DNA of 64,000 nucleotides from Eledone cirrhosa (lineage: Eukaryota). The stretch lies in NCBI GenBank assembly GCA_964016885.1, contig OZ024743.1, forward strand, positions 277,698,001 to 277,762,000, in the 5' to 3' direction. This document shows, piece by piece, positions 45,987 through 59,930 of the stretch. Numbering within the stretch: position 1 is the stretch's first letter; each line of letters starts with the position of its first letter. The position numbers and the translations under genes are program-made. The notes beneath the pieces are model-generated. The model did not search any database. It was not told the origin of the DNA and saw only the letters and a program-made list of their open reading frames with translations.

Positions 45987-46100
45987 GACGTAAAATAAGA
46001 AAATTTAAAAAAAAATTAAGAATTAACTTACTTACTAAAATTTTAGTAAGTAAGTTAACTTTTAATTTTTTTTTAAATTTTCTTACTTTACGTCTTTCAT
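45981..46100. repeat. AT-rich ~120-bp palindrome adjacent to (TA)n
   Basis: ATGAAAGACGTAAAATAAGAAAATTTAAAA...TTACTAAAA|TTTTAGTAA...TTTTAAATTTTCTTACTTTACGTCTTTCAT. Confidence 0.88.
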
Positions 46101-46211
46101 ATTGTTCTGCATCCTCCTGCATTGAACCACCTAGGTACTGTGACATAACTTATGTATTTGCTAGCATTAGTGTACATCTGTACGCATATGTTGGTAGATA
46201 TACTAAATTCT

Positions 46212-46270
<59 letters not shown>

Positions 46271-47144
46271 TACATATATATATATTTATTTATGTATTTA
46301 TTCATTTATATATATATACAGTCGCATATATTTATGTCCCCATATTATTCGATGTATACGCAAAGAAAATGTACGCGCGCGCGTGTCTGTGTGTGCGTGA
46401 GTGTATACGTGTGTATACATTTTAACCAACAGGAAATTACCTTGATAGTGTTTATTATGTATTTATGAACAATAAAAACACACTTACTTCCTTACATTTT
46501 TTCCAAGTAAAATTATCCAAAACAATGCTATATATGTTGATGTCTATATTTGTTTTCATCGTTCGTTGGCCTTGTTGTTCATACATTTTTCATCACCACC
46601 ATGATAATGATGATGATGATGATGATGATCATCATCATCATCATCATCATCATCGTCATCATTATCATTGTCATTATCATTGTCATTGTCATTGTCATTA
46701 GAATTTTTTTTCAGTAATCTAATTTCTACTGACTCTCTTCACTGCATTATCTGAGCACAGCACTGTGCACCTTGACCAGATGTGTAATATTTTGGCTTTG
46801 TGATTTCTACTGCATTGAAAATCCTCCACATTATTTCTGAGATATATTTTCTAATAGAGAATGGTTCTCTAACCACAGAGTTCAAATCCTGCAAGGTCAA
46901 ATTAGCCTTTATTTCTTCTAGGCCGAAAAAGATTAATTATCCAGTATTAGGGTGAATTATTCCTCTCTATCTCTTTCGCATTTATCTCTATCACTCTCCC
47001 CCTCTCTCTTTCTTTGGAAGAATGGAGCTGTGTTCAAAGCTAGAAATGGATGGACTTCGTAAGGTGTATTATGAGTGCTTAAGAAACGACATATGGATCC
47101 TCTACAACACCACCAGCTATTATGGTTCCATTTATACACACAAA

Positions 47145-47458
47145 CATGGTAGTGGCTGCCAACTCCTTTTCGAGTACGGCCACTACTTTATATCCATGTA
47201 GGGGAACCCCTACCGATGCGCTGAACGAGTGTGACTTTTTAGTCCAGCCAGCGACTTGAAAACTCTGGTACAAACACCACACTTGTGACAATTATTGACA
47301 CATAGTGCTGGACCCATGGTACCATGTGATGACAAGTGCAGAGAGATCTCCAGATATAAAGCAATGCCTGTGCCGTGAAGCTTTTATAGTGAGCAAAGGC
47401 ACTGCACAAAGCCAGCCCCACTCTCTTAACCAAGATGATATTTACCAAAAAGAAGAAC
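47145..47458 (-). mobile_element. RTE-derived short element, copy 1 (5'-truncated)
   Basis: Homologous to 47582-48038; separated from it by (TACA)n. Confidence 0.75.
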
Positions 47459-47552
47459 ATACATACATACATACATACAAACATACATACATACATACAT
47501 ACACACAAACATACATACATACATACATACATACATACATACATACATACAT

Positions 47553-47581
<29 letters not shown>

Positions 47582-47583
<2 letters not shown>

Positions 47584-48038
47584 TGGTGACTGCCAACTCG
47601 TTTTCGAGTACGGCCACTACTTTATATCCATGTAGGAGAACCCCTACCGATGCGCTGAACGAGTATGACTTATTAGTCCAGCCATCGACTTGAAAACTCT
47701 GGTACAAACACTACACCTGTGACAATTATTGACACATAGTTCTGGGCCCATGGTACCATGTGACAACAAGTGCAGAGAGATCTCCAGATATAAAGCAATG
47801 CCTGTGCCGTGAAGCTTTTATAGTGAGCAAAGGCACTGCACAAAGCCAGTCCCACTCTCTTAACCAAGAGGACATTTACCAAAAAGAAGAACAAGTCAAC
47901 ATCATTGGATACCATCAGGGTTGCAGGTGTTATATCAGAGTTTTCCTTCTCCTAGAATTCTGCCTTGACAAAGGCTAAGGGGTCATCTCTCCCGGTGATT
48001 TTGGATGGCCATTGACTCTTAAGAGCTCCTTTGCCCTT
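47582..48038 (-). mobile_element. RTE-derived non-autonomous element, longest copy
   Basis: The minus-strand 5' part has CTAGGAGAAGGAAAACTCTGA (RTE 5'UTR-like). The 3' part encodes a C2H2-like remnant (C..C.RVFKSMAGL.SH.RSAH) and ends GGCCGTACTCGAAAACGAGTTGGCAG.CACCATG + (TATG)n. Confidence 0.7.
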
Positions 48039-48056
48039 ATACATATATATATATAC

Positions 48057-48090
<34 letters not shown>

Positions 48091-48133
48091 ATACATACAT
48101 ATACATATACATACATACATATATATATACATA

Positions 48134-48410
48134 CATGGTGGCTGCCAACTCGTTTTCGAGTACGGCCACTACTTTATATCCATGTAGGAGAACCCCTACC
48201 AATGCGCTGAACGAATGTGACATTTTAGTCCAGCCATCGACTTGAAAACTCTGGTACAAACACTACACTTGTGACAATTATTGACACATAGTGCTGGGCC
48301 CATGGTACCATGTGACGACAAGTGCAGAGAGATCTCCAGATATAAAGCAATGCCTGTGCTGTGAAGCTTTTATAGTGAGCAAAGGCACTGCACAAAGCCA
48401 GTCCCACTCT
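48134..48410 (-). mobile_element. RTE-derived short element, copy 3 (a fourth 3'-end stub lies at 48499-48540)
   Basis: Same sequence, flanked by (TACA)n. Confidence 0.75.
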
Positions 48411-48984
48411 CATACATACATACATACATACATACATACATACATACATACATACATACATACATACATACATACATACATACATACATACATACATACA
48501 TGATGGCTGCCCCCTCGTTATCGAGTATGGCCATTGCACGAGAAAAAAAAATATATATACAAACATATATATATATTTGTGTATAGTGGTAGCTATGGTG
48601 CTTCCGTAGGCGGTATGCCAAAATTAGCACTCGATATTCATCAGAGTAGAGTGTAGATATTATCAAGAAATCGAAAAATCAAGGAAGCATCTGGACTTTG
48701 TTTATTTCGTGTTACAAATGTTTCGCCGGCATGTAGCTCGAGTCATGGTCCTTGTATGGATCTGGCTGATTCTACTTCTGCGGGTTCTTTTAGACACGTC
48801 TGTTATGTCCGGAGCAAATTTTATCACTGATAAATATATATATATATATATATATTAATAACAATAATAATAATAATAACAACAATAACAATAACGACAA
48901 CAACAACAATAATAATATACATATATATATATATACACGCACACGCACACACATAAACATATCTATACACACACACACACGATA

Positions 48985-49255
48985 GCAACTAACAGCACTG
49001 CGATCGAATATGGCTTTTTAGCCCAGCCAATGATCTAAAATGTCTTGCACAGAGTCGGCAACCAAAACATTCACTGGGAATAGCCGGCTGTGGTTGGAGT
49101 TCATGTACTTTTGCATGTCGTTTGAGCCCTCTTGCTTATTTACATTCTCTACCACATGCTTAGCAAGCATGATGAGTAGCATCTCCAACAGCAGCCTGGT
49201 AGTCAACCACTGGTCTTACTTTATGACTGCGAAGATGACTTTCGAGTCCATCCAT
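48985..49255 (-). pseudogene. Decayed C2H2 zinc-finger array, probably an RTE ORF C-terminus
   Basis: GLESHLRSH...C*ACGRECK*ARGLKRHAKVH...CRLCARHFRSLAGLKSHIRS, with in-frame stops; abuts (CATA)n. Confidence 0.6.
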
Positions 49256-49298
49256 CCATGCATACATACATACATACATACATACATACATACATACA

Positions 49299-49329
<31 letters not shown>

Positions 49330-49833
49330 GTGTAGAGGAGAAGACATCACCATCTAATAATATATTATTTTAATCATTTCGGTAGGTACTCTTCAGTTCT
49401 ACGTGTCCATTGCAGCAGAATTCATTGAAATCATTTTAGAAGTCTGCGCATGTGCAACGCCTTCTAGGTTTAATTTTATTTTGCACTTCTAAATTGATTA
49501 TACTTTATGTAAGAGAAACATTGTTGTTTTATTCTTCAGCCTAGTAAATATATTATTTATATCTTTGGAAGTTATTTAATTTCGCGTTGTATCAAAAACA
49601 CTTATGTACATATATAACAACATTTATCTGTATTGCATCTATCTAATAAATAAAGTAATTGTGTATTCTGTCTGGAATTAACATTTATAACATCCAAATA
49701 ACCGAACCGTTTATGTTTTTCATAAATATTTTTTTGTTATGCATAGAAAAATTATTGACAGTTGATTACATTTTCCTCTTACTTAATTTTACCATTACTA
49801 TATTATTTATCTATTTATTATTATTATCATCGT

Positions 49834-49892
<59 letters not shown>

Positions 49893-49921
49893 TTGTTGTT
49901 GTTATTGTTATTATCATTATT

Positions 49922-52900
49922 GAATGCCATGGTTGACGGAGGCTCGGCTCTGTAAGGTATAGTAATTTTTAACCGCTATAACAATTGTAAATTTTTTAAC
50001 CCTCCTCCTCGTGAGAGGGGTCTTTCTGCCCGTTATTTGGCCCTTCGGGGTTAGATAAGCGCTTATTGGGGTTCATTTGAAACCGTAAAAAAAACATGGC
50101 TACAAAAAAGAATTTCACAAGTCACTCCCATTCATTCCGTCTTCTTCTTCCTCAATCGTCATTACGTCAGAGAAAAGATTGTCTCTCTCCCTCCCTTCTC
50201 TAAATGTGTTGTCGCCTCTTTCGCAAGCGACGCCATTAAAGAAAAAGTAAAATATAGTTTCTGGTAGCTTTCACTAGAGAACGTGCATTCCGTGGAACAT
50301 TTCTCCATGACGACGACAACGACGAAAAATGTGTGCTTAAATACGGAAAGCCATTTCATTCGTCTGACGTCATGAAGAATAACAGCAGCAGCCGTAATAA
50401 CAGCAGCAGCAGCAACAGTGACAATGAAAACACTAGTAGCAGCCGCAACAACATCAGCGGTTAATTTTCTCCCTCTCCTTCTCTTGCACTCTCGTGTCGA
50501 ATGGGCAGGCTACATCCACAATCAGGCACGATCTTTTTCCCTTGTCCAAAACCACCAGGTCAGGTCTATTGTGTTCCAGTTTCTTGTCCGTCTCTACCCT
50601 AAAATCCCACAGCACCTCTACCTGGTCGTTTTCTATCACCGACTCTGGCTTATACTCTTACCACTTCTCAGAATGTGGTAAATTGTTTACTTTGCATAGG
50701 TGCCAGTGGATCACCCTGCCCATCACATCATGTCTCCAGCCTTTATAGTGAGTCTGGGCTAGGTGTTTACACTCAGATACAATGTGAGCCACATTCTTCT
50801 CTCCCTCTCCACAGATCCTACACAGTGGGCTAGCCTCCTCCTTGTAAATATGGTGTTTCAGCCACTTCGTTCTGAGGGCCTGCTCTTGCGCAGCCATTAG
50901 CATTCCTTCTGTAGCCTTTTTAAGGTCTCCTCTTTTCAAACAGTTCCATGTCTGTGGATCTCAGTTTTCTCAAAGAAGGCACTATGAAGGGATTTTTCAT
51001 GAAGGTTGCTCTTTGTCCTTGTTGTTATTTCCTCCTTGGACATCCCCTGGTCTATTGTCCTCTCCTTCAGTACAATTATAAGCATTGGCTCCCTACTACC
51101 AGTCACGTATTTGTGTAGGTTGTTTTTCTCCATCTGAACACAGTCCTCTATGCTGATAAGACCTCTTCCACCTTCAGATCTCCTTAAGTAGAGTCTATCA
51201 ACATCACTCCTTTTGTGGAACATGTTGTAGATAGTCAATAGCTTCCTAGTCTTCCTATCCATTTCCTAGTCTTCCTATCCAAAAGCGAAGGCAAAGAAAG
51301 AGGGGTAAAGGCTGCAAGGAGACTTGCAGCAACATCATCACCATCACCACCACAAGCATCACCACCAACAACAACCACACCACTATCAGCATCACTAAAA
51401 ACACCAACATCGCAAACACAACAAAAGCACACACACCCAACAGCGACAAAATCAATACCCCCCCCCCCCCCCAAAAAAAAAGTACCCGGTCATAAATATC
51501 ACACACAAAGGATTAATGGAACATATAAAACAGCACACAGACATTACAGACTCAATTTACCACACTCCACCAACACCAAGAACATTACCCCAAAACATTA
51601 CAATTGTCGAAATTAAATTGGAAGACTATAAACAATTAAAGCAAAAATTCCCCAACGCAGTTGGAGATTTCAGGGGGTCACTCTCCAAAATAATATATAC
51701 CGATATCATCTTGGAGACACCCATGATCAGCCGGAGGGACAGTTCTACTGTCCCTTCCCCACACGATCAAGATAAGTGATCCTTTCTCACTTGCCCCGTT
51801 TCCTCATCCAGCATGGCAGTACTTAGAATAGGCAGTATAAATGTACGTGGCCTGGTGTCATCATGGAAGCAGGGTCACCTGCTCAACGATCTCAGTAAAC
51901 AAAGGTGTGGTGGCCATCAGCGAGACCAGAATCTACGAGGCGCGAGCCTTCGCACCGATCTTCGGCGGCTACCATGTATACGAATCTTCCAGTCGTCCGG
52001 GATCGGGAGGAGGAGTTGTGCTTTTTCGGAGAGGCGTCGATCTCGCCATACGGGCCATCTTCCTGGACCCAGAAGGTAAGTCGGTGGTGCTGGACGTGAC
52101 CGCCAGCGAACGCAGTGCTTTCAGGCTAGTAGCCGTCTACACCCCAACGGGGGCAGGACGGCCAGATTTCTTTAAACCTCTAGAGACCTTTCTTGGAACG
52201 TCCCACTCTTTAGTGTTATTGGGCGACTGGAACGGTATCTTTGATGCACACAGGGATTATGTGGGGTTAGTAGACATAGGAGGAGGGTGTAAAAGCCTCA
52301 ACAACCTGCTCAGACGGTTTGAACTGTCTGACAGGTATAGACTGGATTATCCGAATGTGACAATAAGGACATGGACAAACCGCATCGAGTCATCTAGATC
52401 GTATCTAGATAGGGTAATCTGTAGGGAAACAGATAAAGCTAGTGTAAGGTTGTCCACAATTTAAAGTAGTCAACTACATGGACCACAAGTTTGTGATCTG
52501 TGAAGTGAACTTAGATAGACTCCATAGATAAGGGCTCAGTTACTGGAAACTGAACGCGTCTTTCCCGGCACGCAAAGCTTGCAGAGATCGGATTAGCGAA
52601 TTAGATAAGCATGCGTTGACGGGTGCGATCGTCAACAACAGGTGGTGGTTTACCCTGAAAAGGGCTATTAGAATAGAATCGATAAGGTTTAGCAAAGGAG
52701 TAGTGATTGAGGGAAATAGAGTAAACGGAAAGCTAGTTAGAAAGCTAGAAGAGGCGTTTAGGACAGACATCGCAACCGACGTGTTTGCGGCGAGATTGGC
52801 ACTCGACCAATTCTTCAGCGCAAAGCATGAAGGCTGCGTTTTCAGAGCTAGAGCGCATGCTCTGAGACAGAAGGGGACGAAAGCCGTTCAATGGGCCCGG

Positions 52901-55147
52901 GTGGTGGAGGCGCGATGTGGCAAAAAATCCACAATTCGGTCTTTTCCTGATAAAAACGGGCGCATGTTGCTCGAACCCGAGCAGATGTGTGCGGCTTTTC
53001 AACAGCACTTTGCTCAATTGTTCGGGATTGGCTGCAGGCCGGATCGGAGTATGGACTTCGGTGCATACCTCGACGGACTGCCGCGGCTCTCGACGACCGC
53101 AGCGCAGTGCAGCGAAAAGCCGATAACAGCAGGTGAAATTCGGGAAGCGATGTCTGACTGCATGAGGGGTAAATTGCCAAGTTTGGATGGTCTGCCCTAC
53201 GAGCTTTATGCCTACATGCCAGACTTGTTCGGCGACCTCTTGGCAGATGTCTACTGCAACAGGCAGCAGAACGGGAGCATTACCAGCATTGTGAGCCGGG
53301 GAGCGGTGGCGCTGCTGAGAAAAGACCCGAACAAGGGGGACGTTATAGACGACTTCAGGCCCATAACTCTGCTAAACGCAGAGTTCAATATTTTGGCCAA
53401 GATTTTAGCAGAGATTGGCGCTTGTCGTCGGTGATCTGGTGGGAGAGGCACAGATATGCGCCATTCCGGACAGATCCATCCACGACAAACTCCATCTCAT
53501 GCGATACGTCATAGAGAGGGTGGTTAAGGAACCTGGCACGGGTGGGGCTCTGATAAACTTAGATCAATCTAAAGCATTTGATAGGGTCGACCATCGGTAC
53601 CTGGCTGCGGTCCTCGAGGTGGCCGGCTTCGAGCTCGTTTTCAGAGGCTGGATCGCTGCGATGCACAGCGACATCTGCTCGATTGTGAGGGTGAATGGTC
53701 ACTTGTCGCAGCCTTTCAGCATCATGCGTTCGGTCCACCGGGGTTGTCCCCTCTCGTCCCTTTTGTATGTACTGGCCCTCGAGCCATTACTGCACAAATT
53801 GGAGACTATGAGGGGGGTCCCACGCGAACTGGGATGCGAGAGATCCGTGTCAGCTTACGCCGACGACGTCACCGTGGTGGTGTCGAGCACCAAACACGTC
53901 CAGATGCTCGGCCGTTCTCTCAAGGAATACGAAGCGGTGACAGGAGCAAATATAAACCAAGAAAAGTCGGTGGGCTTGAAGCTCGGCACCTGGAGAGGCA
54001 AGTTCATGCCGTCCAACAGCGTCGTGGGCGCTGGACGGAAGGACCTGTTAAATTTGCTCGGGGTCTGGTTAGGTCCGGACCTCCAGATGGAGAAAACCTG
54101 GAGCGAGGTGACGAGCAGGGTGGCTTCTCTCACCAAGAAATGGGCCGATAGGAGACTGTTTCTGAAAGGTCGTGCGGTGGTGCCGAATGCGTACATCGCG
54201 TCCGTCATCTGCTACCGCCTGACCGTTGTACCTTTCCCCCGCCCAACTCTGACCAAATGGAGCGCCTTCTCTTCCGTTTTTTGTGGAAGGGACCTGCTCC
54301 CATGGTCAGACGATCCATCTGCTGTCAACACCCGTTGCGTGGAGGACTGGGCATGCCGTGGCTGATCATGCGCAAACATGTGCAGAGGCAAACATGTGAC
54401 ATCTCTGATGCTTCCTTCACGGTGAACAGGTGTGGTCGCCGTTTGCCAGACACGCTTTTCCTTGGCGGAGCTGCAGTCCTGGATCAGGATAAGACCGATG
54501 GATAGCGCTTGGAAGCTGGAATGTCTCCAAGCGCTCACCGCCCTCTACCAGCTGGGCACTGATATCGGTGGAACATCCACCTCGGCGTTCTATAGAGGGC
54601 TAGTGGAGGGGAAGAGCGAAGACGTTCCCAGGGAGACCCTGGGCGTCGAAGACGATCAGCTGTTCGCTCTCTTCAAGAGAAATTTCAGCCCGGGGCCTAT
54701 GGACAAGTTCCAGAATTCTCTGGCCTGGCAGTGCTACCGGGGAGCGTTGCCGGTTCGGGACAAGCTCTACAGGCCCGGAAGTGCTGTCAGCCGAGCCTGT
54801 CCGAGATGCGCGCAGGGCGACGAAACCGTCCTGCACGCACTCGTTCAGTTCTCGAGGATTGCTGACTTGTGGAGCTATGTGGAACAGTTGCTGTAGCGTG
54901 TAGGACGGATCAGGTTATCGACTGAGTCTATTGTGCAGATAGCTCCGCCATCCTCCTTTAAAGACGAGGAAGGGCAGGCGGTTTTCATCTGCCTGGTGGC
55001 CATTACGAAAGAGATTGTGTGGTGGAGAAGGTTGAAAGGGTTGAAGACGGACACTTTCCACTTCGGCCAATCCCTGATTAACTTTTTCAAGTTTGACTTG
55101 AAGAGGAAAATCAGGGTGGAGAGGCAAGTGCTGTCTTCTAGTAAGTT
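49922..55147 (+). mobile_element. Decayed Tx1-like element, family C (B-like 5'UTR, 3'UTR missing)
   Basis: Starts GAATGCCATGG after an ATT/GTT tract; ORF1 remnants; ORF2 (51813-55147) is broken by many frameshifts and stops. Confidence 0.88.
50458..51280 (-). mobile_element. Internal Dong-like fragment replacing the middle of Tx1-C ORF1
   Basis: MDRKTRKLL...CRICGE..VAHIVSEC...RPDLVV..DVACPFD; lacks the Dong 3'UTR and tail. Confidence 0.88.
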
Positions 55148-57039
55148 CTAGTAAGACTGTGTGTCAGTCGTCATAGTAAGATATTACTATATTGCACAAT
55201 GTACTGCCAACCAAAACTCTTCCTAACCCTTTACTATGTGTAAAAACACTGATGAGATACTATAAAACTGAAATTCTTTCCTCACTGTCAGTCTCTCTGC
55301 TATCAAAGTTCATATTTTCATATTTTCCGTTAAGCCTGAGAATTAATGTTTAGAAAAAATAATTAATATATTTTGAAATAATCTTCCCTTTCTTTTGGGA
55401 TTCACTAAAGATTACCGTTAGGTTTTGTTTACTTTCTCCAATTAAGAGGTAAATTGAAACATGTTAAGACTTACATAGGTAGATCATTTAGGACATCGAT
55501 ACCAGCTTGCTTCACAAAAAAAAATTAATACAGCGTATTTGCAAAACAGATAAATGGATTTACGAATGTATGAAATGCAGAGTTTAATTCTGAATTCAGT
55601 ACCATTAAGAACAGATGAAGGGTTCTTTTCCTACCTAACAGGCTGTTTCAACGTAGTTAACATGCTAAGAATATGAGGGTCCTTTTCACTAGTTATCACA
55701 TCTATTTTGAAGAAAGTCATGTGATATGATATGTGCTGTCAGGAAGTTCAACAACATTCTTATATTCTCAGTATTCGTTAAAAGTTATTTGCATTCTACA
55801 GTGTAAATGTTATGCACAGAAGAATAACATCGGTCACATTCTAATTGAGTAAATATGGACACCCATTGCTGTTGTCACTACCAGAATATGACGGACACTC
55901 AATGTAACTGTTGTGAAGAGCAGCTAAACTTTCCTCGAATTACACCATAACATCTTCGAATAGAAGAGGATACGTTTTTTGATGTAGTCTTACTTAGCCG
56001 TAGACAGATGAGACGAGATGAAAAATAAAGTGTTGAACAAAATGCTTTTCTTCCGCCAGAGTTGCACAGAGAATACATTGCCTCTGATCTCATAGCAAAT
56101 GCAAGCAACCAGCTCATTGAAAATGTATACTTAATGACACTATTCATTGCCAAATGTCACAAGAAAGCAGTGATGTAGCCAGTCGCAACATAGAGATCGG
56201 TAAAATAAGAATTAACCTGAAATATGTAACAATGATCGATATGATCGACTAAAATATTTGAGGCAATGTTGCAGCATGGCCGTGGTATGAATATAAGAAA
56301 CGTACTGGATATGATTTAAATGATTAGCCCCCGAGTATAAAATATGTGTCATTGTTGGTAAGTTAGAAATCATCATAACCAATATTATTGATATCTAAAA
56401 TATGCAACAGTGAGCATATGTAGACGTGGAGAGGTTATAGTCGGTTAAATTGATCTCAGTTTTGGATTGATAGATTATTAGATCGACCTCGAAAAGACGG
56501 AAAATAAAGTTGAACTTAGCATAATTTGAACTGAAAATGTGTCGGTTTTGAGTTTTATGGATAATCACCATGGTTCCTTTTTGGAAAGGGGTGGAATACA
56601 GGCAGTTACGCAATTACGTCGTAGTCGCTGCAGATAATAATGATCTTTATTATACAGAAACTACGTAATATTACGCTGCATCGCGATAACACTTGTCTTC
56701 TATATGAAAGTGATTTGTGTCGGTAACGGGTTTGTTTAACTTGAAACATATATATATGATGCGGTATGGAAGGTGTTTGAGGCCGACATACATAGATACA
56801 TGTACGTATCTCTTTGCTCAGAAATTAGTGCAATTTTTAAACTTCAAAACTCTATATCACAGTTCAGAAAGAAATTTAATGATCGAAATTAAAATTCTTA
56901 GAATCTATACATTTTTGTTAACAAGATGCATGTTTATTGATTCCGAGGAAGTCGATGAATTCTTTGAAGACATTTTTTTGCCATTATTTGTTGAAGAAAT
57001 TTCTTAATAAGAAGTTATTGAAATGCATGAACAAGTGGT

Positions 57040-58012
57040 AGTCGATTAATAAACGATCCAGTGAATATGTTTTATGAGGCAGAATTTCGTCGCTCAATTC
57101 ATTTAACTCCTGGAGCGTTGTTGGTGCGATGTGTGGTCGAACGTTGTCATGCACCAGGATTGAACATTTTGCTAGTGATCAATGGTAGGCACATACGCTG
57201 CAATGTTTCATGCGTTTCATCGATTTCGTGACAGTAGCTCTCTGCTGTAATTATGTCACCAGGATTCAAAATGCTGTTGTGGATTAATCCGGCTGCAGAC
57301 GACTAAAATAGAGACCTTCTTTTGGTGTAATGTCAGCTTCGAGGCGTGTTTAGGTGCTTCATCTCGGTCCAACTACTGTGCTGAACATCTTCGATTGTTT
57401 TATAGGATCCACTTTTCGCCAGTCACAATGGAATCGAGAAACGAGTCACGAAATAATCGAAGAGCAGATTTCATAACAACCATATTTCTGGCTTTCGATT
57501 CGTGTGACACCCATGTCCTAGGCTCCGTCTTTTCCGCCAATATGTTCAGCAAATGTTTCAATGTTTACAGCTATCTCTCCTTCAAGCTCTGTGAACAGTT
57601 GTATGAAGATTTGCTTCCACTAAAGCTTTCAATTCATCGCCGCCAATGGCAGCAATATTTCCCTTATCTTTACGAGTGAATTCACCACGACAGAATATTT
57701 TTGATATGTTGTACTGTGCATTCATTAAACATTTCTCGCACTTAAACTTAATTGATGTTTCTATATCTTTGTTTTACTCTAGCCGAGGTTAATCTCATAA
57801 AAATGAATTTGGCGAAAATCTTGTTTTGACATCTTAAATTCAAATCGAAAAACTGACGAGCTTCAAGTTGTATTACAAATTGATTACAGGGAAAGAAAGG
57901 GCGTGAAATACATTTTCAATGACATATATGATTTCATACAATTTACCTTAAACAAAATTTTTAAACATTGTTGATCTTAATACAAAAGATATGCATTCAT
58001 TTTCAAACAACC

Positions 58013-58015
<3 letters not shown>
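57040..58015 (-). mobile_element. Decayed mariner (Tc1/mariner) transposon
   Basis: Minus strand shows IVTG-EKWIL...LDRDEAPKH..KL.LHQKK and HDNVRPH remnants, plus a TIR-like TTAGGTTGTTTGAAAATGAATGC at ~57993-58015. The left TIR is not clearly seen. Confidence 0.75.
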
Positions 58016-58108
<93 letters not shown>

Positions 58109-58250
58109 AGACACAGACACAGACACACACACATACACATATATATATATATTTATATATATATTATAGTTAAAACCGAATACAAAAACAAAGTGAAGAG
58201 TGCTGTAAAATGTGTTAGTATTAGGTTCACGCTTGAGAGTGGGGGTGGGG

Positions 58251-58284
58251 GACGATGTTTCGGGCATAAGCCCTTCATCAGTAG
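58251..58284 (-). ncRNA. Minimal hammerhead motif, same family as 3361-3392 (probably decayed)
   Basis: CTGATGA-A-GGGC-TTAT-GCCC-GAAA-CATCGTC; the downstream CCCCAC..CCCCACTCTC..AGCGTGAA is shared with the 3.4-kb copy. Confidence 0.6.
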
Positions 58285-58606
58285 AAAAGTGGGCAGGAAA
58301 AGAGTTCCGTGGGTGTGAGGGGGACTGGTGGAAAGACATTAAAAAGGGGGGGGGGAATTATGTGTGTGTGTGTGTGTGTCGCGGGTTCAATCGCGGGTAA
58401 TCACAGTAAGTAAAGTATTCAATACATAGCGGAGTATAAATATTTAATATAGAAATGGCTTCTACAGGACTAGAACTGTTTCATTCGGAGGAAATCATCA
58501 GGAAAGTCGACTGTTAATGTGTTATGGCGGTGTTTATACATTTTCTGGTTGTAGGGGAATGTGGTGATTGGGACGCACACACACACACAGTCACATGCAC
58601 AGACAT

Positions 58607-58644
<38 letters not shown>

Positions 58645-58738
58645 GCGTGTATTCGTATTTATATACATTCAGGTAATCACACATAAAACGTATATGTACA
58701 CAATTTTACATACATTCCCTCACATACAGAGATATAAT

Positions 58739-59040
58739 CATACATACATACATACATACATACATACATACATACATACATACATACATACATACATACA
58801 CACATACATACATACGTACATACATACATACACACATACATACATACGTACATACATACATACGTACGTACATACATACACACATACATACATACGTACA
58901 TACATACATAAATACACACATGCATACGTACATACGTACATACATACGTACAAACATACATACACATATACATACATAAATACATACATACGTACATACA
59001 TACATACATAGGTACATACATACATAAATACATAAATACA
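58739..59040. repeat. (TACA)n-type microsatellite
   Basis: Directly visible. Confidence 0.95.
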
Positions 59041-59843
59041 TCTATACATACATCACATACACACAGACGCAGACAGATGCATATAAAGGGATAATTCTTC
59101 CTCATAATATATACGGACGCTTGACTGTGGAGACTGGGAGACAGCTAGTCCATCAAACCATTCAAAAATTGGAATTATTCGTTTTTCGTTCTAAAAGGGA
59201 TGAAAATAAACTTTTACAAGAATTTTAAATATACATTTATTTATGTCTATATATTGTTTGTTATTTTGATTTTTATCATTACTGTTGTTGTTACTGCTTT
59301 TATTATATTTTATTGTTGTTGTTGTTGTTGCTGTTGATATTATTGTTGTTACTGTAGCTTTTTCTGTTGTTGTTATTGTTGTTGTCGCTGCAATTGATGT
59401 TGTGTTTGTTCTTGCTATGGTTGTTATTGTCCATTTATTTATTCATGTATCTATTTTTGGTTAAACATTTCATGCCAATTTTTTTTTCTCACTCCACTCC
59501 AGTCTATTAGTCTATTTGGTGAAAAATATAGTCTTATTCAAAATTGCTTCTATCGAATTTTTCACGAAGAACTTTAGATTTTATTGTACATTATTTTATG
59601 TGTTTTTTAATTTTTATTTTAGATCGAATTTGCTGTTGATTTGTGCTTTTTTAATGCTGAATATTCTTCCCTGAGTAGTAAGTTTACAAAAATACATTCA
59701 TGGGAGGATTACGTTTCTCCTTCGACTTTTATATATTTACCAAGTCAAATAACAGTTAAAGTTTCATAATTATTGTTTCTACTATTTTTATTTTTTTTAA
59801 AATGCTGCTGTGCTTTTTATGCAATTGTAGTTAATGTTGTTAG

Positions 59844-59930
<87 letters not shown>
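59844..59930. repeat. (ACT)n microsatellite
   Basis: Directly visible. Confidence 0.95.

Noticed and set aside
47145-48410. CRISPR-like or satellite array
   Set aside because: The units are ~300-bp retroelement 3' ends separated by microsatellite in a eukaryotic context.
55245-55292. Additional CTGATGA hammerhead-like cores (also 41756 +, 58460-58502 -, 48640 -)
   Set aside because: Each lacks convincing helices or a correctly placed GAAA.
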